Both the position numbers and the translations under genes were made by a program. Shown here piece after piece: positions 59,831-64,000 of a stretch of 64,000 bases of DNA (its first letter is position 1; the number at the start of each line of letters is the position of its first letter). Under the pieces are notes generated by a model. That model did no database searches. It was not told where the DNA came from and saw nothing but the letters and a program-made list of their open reading frames with translations. Origin of the DNA: Hormiphora californensis (lineage: Eukaryota > Animalia > Ctenophora); NCBI GenBank assembly GCA_020137815.1, contig CM035357.1:4836001-4900000 (forward strand), in the 5' to 3' direction.

Positions 59831-61160
59831 GTCCGAAATCGGTTCGGTCGTTCGGTTGGGAAAAATTCGGTTTTTTTGGGCGGTCGGTTCGGTTCGGTTC
59901 GGTAGGAAATTTTGGCCGAACCACCGAATTTTTTGGTCAAAAAATGCCCAGAAATCGGGCTTTTTCATGCAAAATTTTTCAATTATTTCACGAAAATTGT
60001 ATGGATTTCAATGTCAATTTCGCCGTATTAACCCTATTTCGAATCAGTGGTGCTATGTGGAAATGATTTCGCTAGTTAGCGGGTTCGATATGGATTGATT
60101 TGATACCTGACTTCCCATAAGAGGGTCAACAATTTCAGAAACTATTTTTCAAAAAATTAATGGAGAGCACCGAACAAGGTGTTAAGAATCATTCTCTGAA
60201 ATTTTGTAAAAAAGTTTGGAAAATATTTCAAAGTCAATTTTATGGAAAATTTTCTATGTCAATTTTTGCGTACGAATCGTGTTTCGAATCGGTATTGCTA
60301 AGCAGGAGTGATGTTGCTAATTAGTGGGTCCGAGATGGATTATGCTGATACGTGATCCCCCATCAAATCTAATTAGGAAGTTTAGGGGAAACGATTCATG
60401 TTTCAGTAAATCCTGCTAATTAGCGAGAGCACTGCCGCATAGCACCACCGATTCGCAACACGATTCGTACGGCAAAATTGACATAGAATTTTTTTTTCCG
60501 AAATTGACTTTGAAATATTTTACAAAGTTTTTTCACAAAATTAAATGGTTCTCTAAAAATTCTTGGAGAGCATCGATCAAGGTATTGAGAATCATTACCT
60601 GAAATTTTGTGAAATTTTTTTTGTGAAAAATATTTTAAGTAAATTATGGTATACGAATCGTGTTTCTAATCGACAATGCTAAACGGGAGTGATGTTGGTA
60701 ATTAGTGGGTCCGAGATGGATTGTGCTGATACGTGATCCCCCATCAAATCTAATTAGGAAATTTAGAGAGACACGATTCATGGTTCGTTTAATCCTGCTA
60801 ATTAGCAATACCATTCCCGTATAGCATTGCCGATTCGAAACACGATTCGTACGCAAAAATTGACATAGAAAATTTACGATAAAATTGACTTTGAAAATTT
60901 TTTTCACAAAATTGACTTTGAAATTTTTTCAAACATTTTTTAACAAAATTTCAGAGAATGATTCTCAATACCTTGATCGGTGCTCTCCATGACTTTTTAG
61001 AGAAACATTTATACAGAAAAAGTTTTGTATGGTTCGGTTCGGTTCGGTTACCGAAATTCGGTTCGGTTCGGTTCGGTTCGGTTCGGTTCGGTAAAAAAGT
61101 TTTTCAAATTCGGTTCGGTTCGGTTCGGTGGAAAAAAACCCGGTTCGGTCGTTTCCTGCT
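59831..61160. mobile_element. Non-autonomous element with (ggttc)n subterminal repeats and internal palindromes; left end truncated
   Basis: ggttc arrays at both ends; internal motifs (gattcgaaacacgattcg, gatacgtgatcccc) shared with 47292-48152. Confidence 0.75.
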
Positions 61161-61650
61161 AGCTATATATGTGAGAATGAAAGGTTTGTGGATAGGAAGT
61201 ACTTTGTTTCTTCTATGAGGTTGTGCATGTTAACTGTTAGCTCAGCTGCCATCAGGAGGCTGTTCTGCTACTCAACTACAATATCTAGCTGTTACAAGTG
61301 GTAATTGATATACGTGGTATAACAGCAGCCTGCAGCAGCTCAATACGTGTAAACTTATTTTCTCATCAATTCATTATGCCTGTTCTTTGTTTTGACTTTT
61401 GGGTAACTAAGACTGAGTTAAGAGAGGTAATGATATATGCCACGTTGCGATTGGACAACGGATAGTACTGGCATTTGACGGATAGGGTTACAAAATAAGA
61501 ATATATGAGCTTCTTTTGGATCTTGCCTCTCCCCGTGCCTTCCCCTGTTTGTATGTGTTGTCATGGTGAACGTTACGAATCCATGCCCCAGTCTTACTGC
61601 TTGACCTTACACTTTTTCACCTGCTGTAGCGGTGTAAAATACTCTGCACC

Positions 61651-63100
61651 ATGTTATCTGTCCACCATCTCTTCACATGGATACTGGCCGTGTTCCTTAT
61701 TCCGGTAAGACTAAGATATAACATCAATTGTTGATCAATTATTGTTTATCAGGATACAAAGAATAACGCTGTTTTGGGTAGACTCAATTCATCAAATAAA
61801 ATCGTGAAAACCGCACAAACATCAGCAAATTAGTTCATCAAATAGAACTCGTCACCAGCATTGTGTTCATGTTTTGTTTCATTTAAAATGTTATCATTTC
61901 TAGGTTGTTCTATCTGGAGGAACGGTAAAGGTTGAATACAGGAGTTTCAAATACGATGGATGTTCAGCCCACACTTCTACATGTCAGATGAAGCTAACAG
62001 ATTTTCAACTACTTATTGACAGTGTTGCCATTGTCAACAAGAGTGAGGTTGACCTACCAGCTGGAAACCCTGTGACACTGTCCGATGTTAACTTTTTAAA
62101 TGACCCTTTTATAAGACAGTTTAGTGATGCGAATGGAAAAGTTGAAATCTACTTTAAAGCATATGACATCACCAGTGGTACTCCAGGTCAATTGATAGAC
62201 GATGTTACTGAGAACATTAGGTTCCATCAGTATGATATGTCTACAACAATAGACTGGAAACAAAAGGTTCGCACGAGGTTTTATAACGGCTATGAGTCTA
62301 AATTTACATATTGGGTCGAGATTACAAAATGTGGTGATAACTTCACAGGACCTGGATGTGGCGATTGCAAAGAGGACCACTATACAACTGGATGTGATGT
62401 GTACTGCAAACCAGTTACAGATCAGTACAACTGTATCGGAGAGGGTGTCCGGGAGTGTTTGGGTAACTTTGGGCCAGCAGGAGACTGCGAGAAATGTAAC
62501 AAGGGGTGGAAAGGCTCAAAGTGTGATACCTGTGATATTGGCTGGGCAGGTGACAAATGTGACACTTGTGATTCAAACTACTACCCTGCCGGAGACTGCT
62601 CTGTACTATGCATCCGGCCAACTGTAATGTTCACCTGTAATAACCAAGGGGAGCTGGTCTGTGAACCTCACGTAACAGGGGACAACTGTGACAGTTGTGA
62701 AAAAGAGTGGGACGTTAGGACAAACTGTACAAGCTGTGCAGATAACTTCTATCCAGCGGGGGATTGCACTGTTTACTGCCTGTCTGATGATAACTTTGCG
62801 TGCACTGCTCAGGGAGTTCGGCTGTGTACAATAGGAAGTACTGCAGAGGAATGTGTTTCCCACAACAACTTGGTCGGGGAAGCTATCCTGGGTGGTATGA
62901 TATCTGGTCTCACTGTGGTTCTACTCGCCGGATTGGTTGGGATAATTGTGGTTACTATTAAAAGGAGGAGGGATACTGCCGCTGAACCGATTGTTCATCA
63001 AGGCCCAACAACAACCCAGCAGGAGGAACATGATTATGTGGAGATGAACGATTACAGAAACAAGCCCATAATACCTGAATCGGGGATTTATAATGATTGA
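61651..63100 (+). CDS. Delta-like type I membrane protein, 416 aa: signal peptide, MNNL/C2-like N-terminus, three DSL-like modules with EGF-like linkers, TM, Tyr-motif tail
   Basis: Exon 1 61651-61704 (MLSVHHLFTWILAVFLIP, donor GTAAG) plus exon 2 61904-63100 in frame. DSL-like: CKEDHYTTGCDVYCKP..YNCIGEGVREC, CDSNYYPAGDCSVLC..FTCNNQGELVC, CADNFYPAGDCTVYC..FACTAQGVRLC. TM ILGGMISGLTVVLLAGLVGIIVVTI followed by KRRR. Confidence 0.85.
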
Positions 63101-63174
63101 GGAGATTAGGATATGATCAAAAACCCTTCACCATAATTTGTGATTTGAACTTTGTGACTAAATATAGGTTGGAC

Positions 63175-63480
63175 GGCAGGTGAGTAGAAATTCGCTCCTA
63201 ATAAAAGGCTGCAATAAAAGGCTGCAATAAAAGGCTGCAGAAAAAGGCTGCAGAAAAAGGCTGCAGTAAAAGGCTGCAATAAAAGGCTGCAGAAAAAGGC
63301 TGCAATAAAAGGCTGCAATAAAAGGCTGCATTAAGGGATCACGTATCCAACCAGACTAAAGCGTGTGATAGACCGAATCGTCCTCCCCTAATAGTGTTTC
63401 GTATCACGTATCGGCTGTAAAGAGACCGAATCACCCTCCCCTAATTATAGTGATTTGTGTCACGTATCCAACTAGACCAT
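63175..63480. mobile_element. Second copy of the (aataaaaggctgc)n-containing interspersed repeat
   Basis: Matches 26842-27123. Confidence 0.75.
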
Positions 63481-64000
63481 AGGCGATAGAGAGACCGAGA
63501 TAGAGAGCGAGTACGAGTGAGAACTGAGAGAGTGAAAAATCAGAATCACGGTATGGTATCACGTACCATGGTATCACGTACCATGGTATCCTCTAATGAA
63601 AAGCGGTTACCAATTGACAATGAGACCTCATCGGTCCCGATACGTGATTCTCTACCGCTATCCCACCGCTATGTATTCTCCATTAGTCTTTCCGTATCGA
63701 TCCACGATTCAGTAGAGGTAGTCAGTAACTACTGAGAGTGTTGGTCTAATGAGGTAGAAAACGGCCGAAATCTCGAGTTCGCTTTTCGTGATTTTAGCAC
63801 TAGAGTCCGCTTACCGATCTATTGATTGAGCGTGTAGCACAATGAGTGCTGGGGGGGCCGGCTGAAGTTTTTGAAGTTTTTGAAGTCGACTTCAAAAACT
63901 TCAAACAGAAACTTAGGGTGGAAAACTTCAAAAACTTCAAAAACTTCAAAAACTCATATCTCCTAAACCGTTGGAGATAGGTCCTATGTTGCTTCATAAC

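Overview
Eukaryotic (animal) genomic DNA with short GT-AG introns, abundant (AG)n microsatellites and many non-autonomous DNA transposons. The repeat families look like those I recall from the ctenophore Pleurobrachia; this is inference, not verified. The ORF track is mostly spurious, so genes were rebuilt by hand from splice sites. They are: a receptor guanylyl cyclase (+, 10038-25129, with two alternative last exons); a PX-SH3 adaptor (+, 28558-33280, with a partial upstream duplicate); a very large adhesion GPCR (-, 34556 to >57978, 5' end not found); a filamin-repeat gene nested in it on the opposite strand (+, 50615-52950); and a Delta-like multi-DSL membrane protein (+, 61651-63100) with a truncated second copy. 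Top finding: a 4.8-kb composite foldback/Mutator-like element (16315-21157) with a perfect 9-bp target-site duplication, inserted in a cyclase intron. It carries an intact two-exon gene for a secreted 10-Cys/6-Trp peptide with its own candidate promoter and polyA signal. Second: many intronic minisatellites are built from the adjacent splice site itself, some of them in frame.
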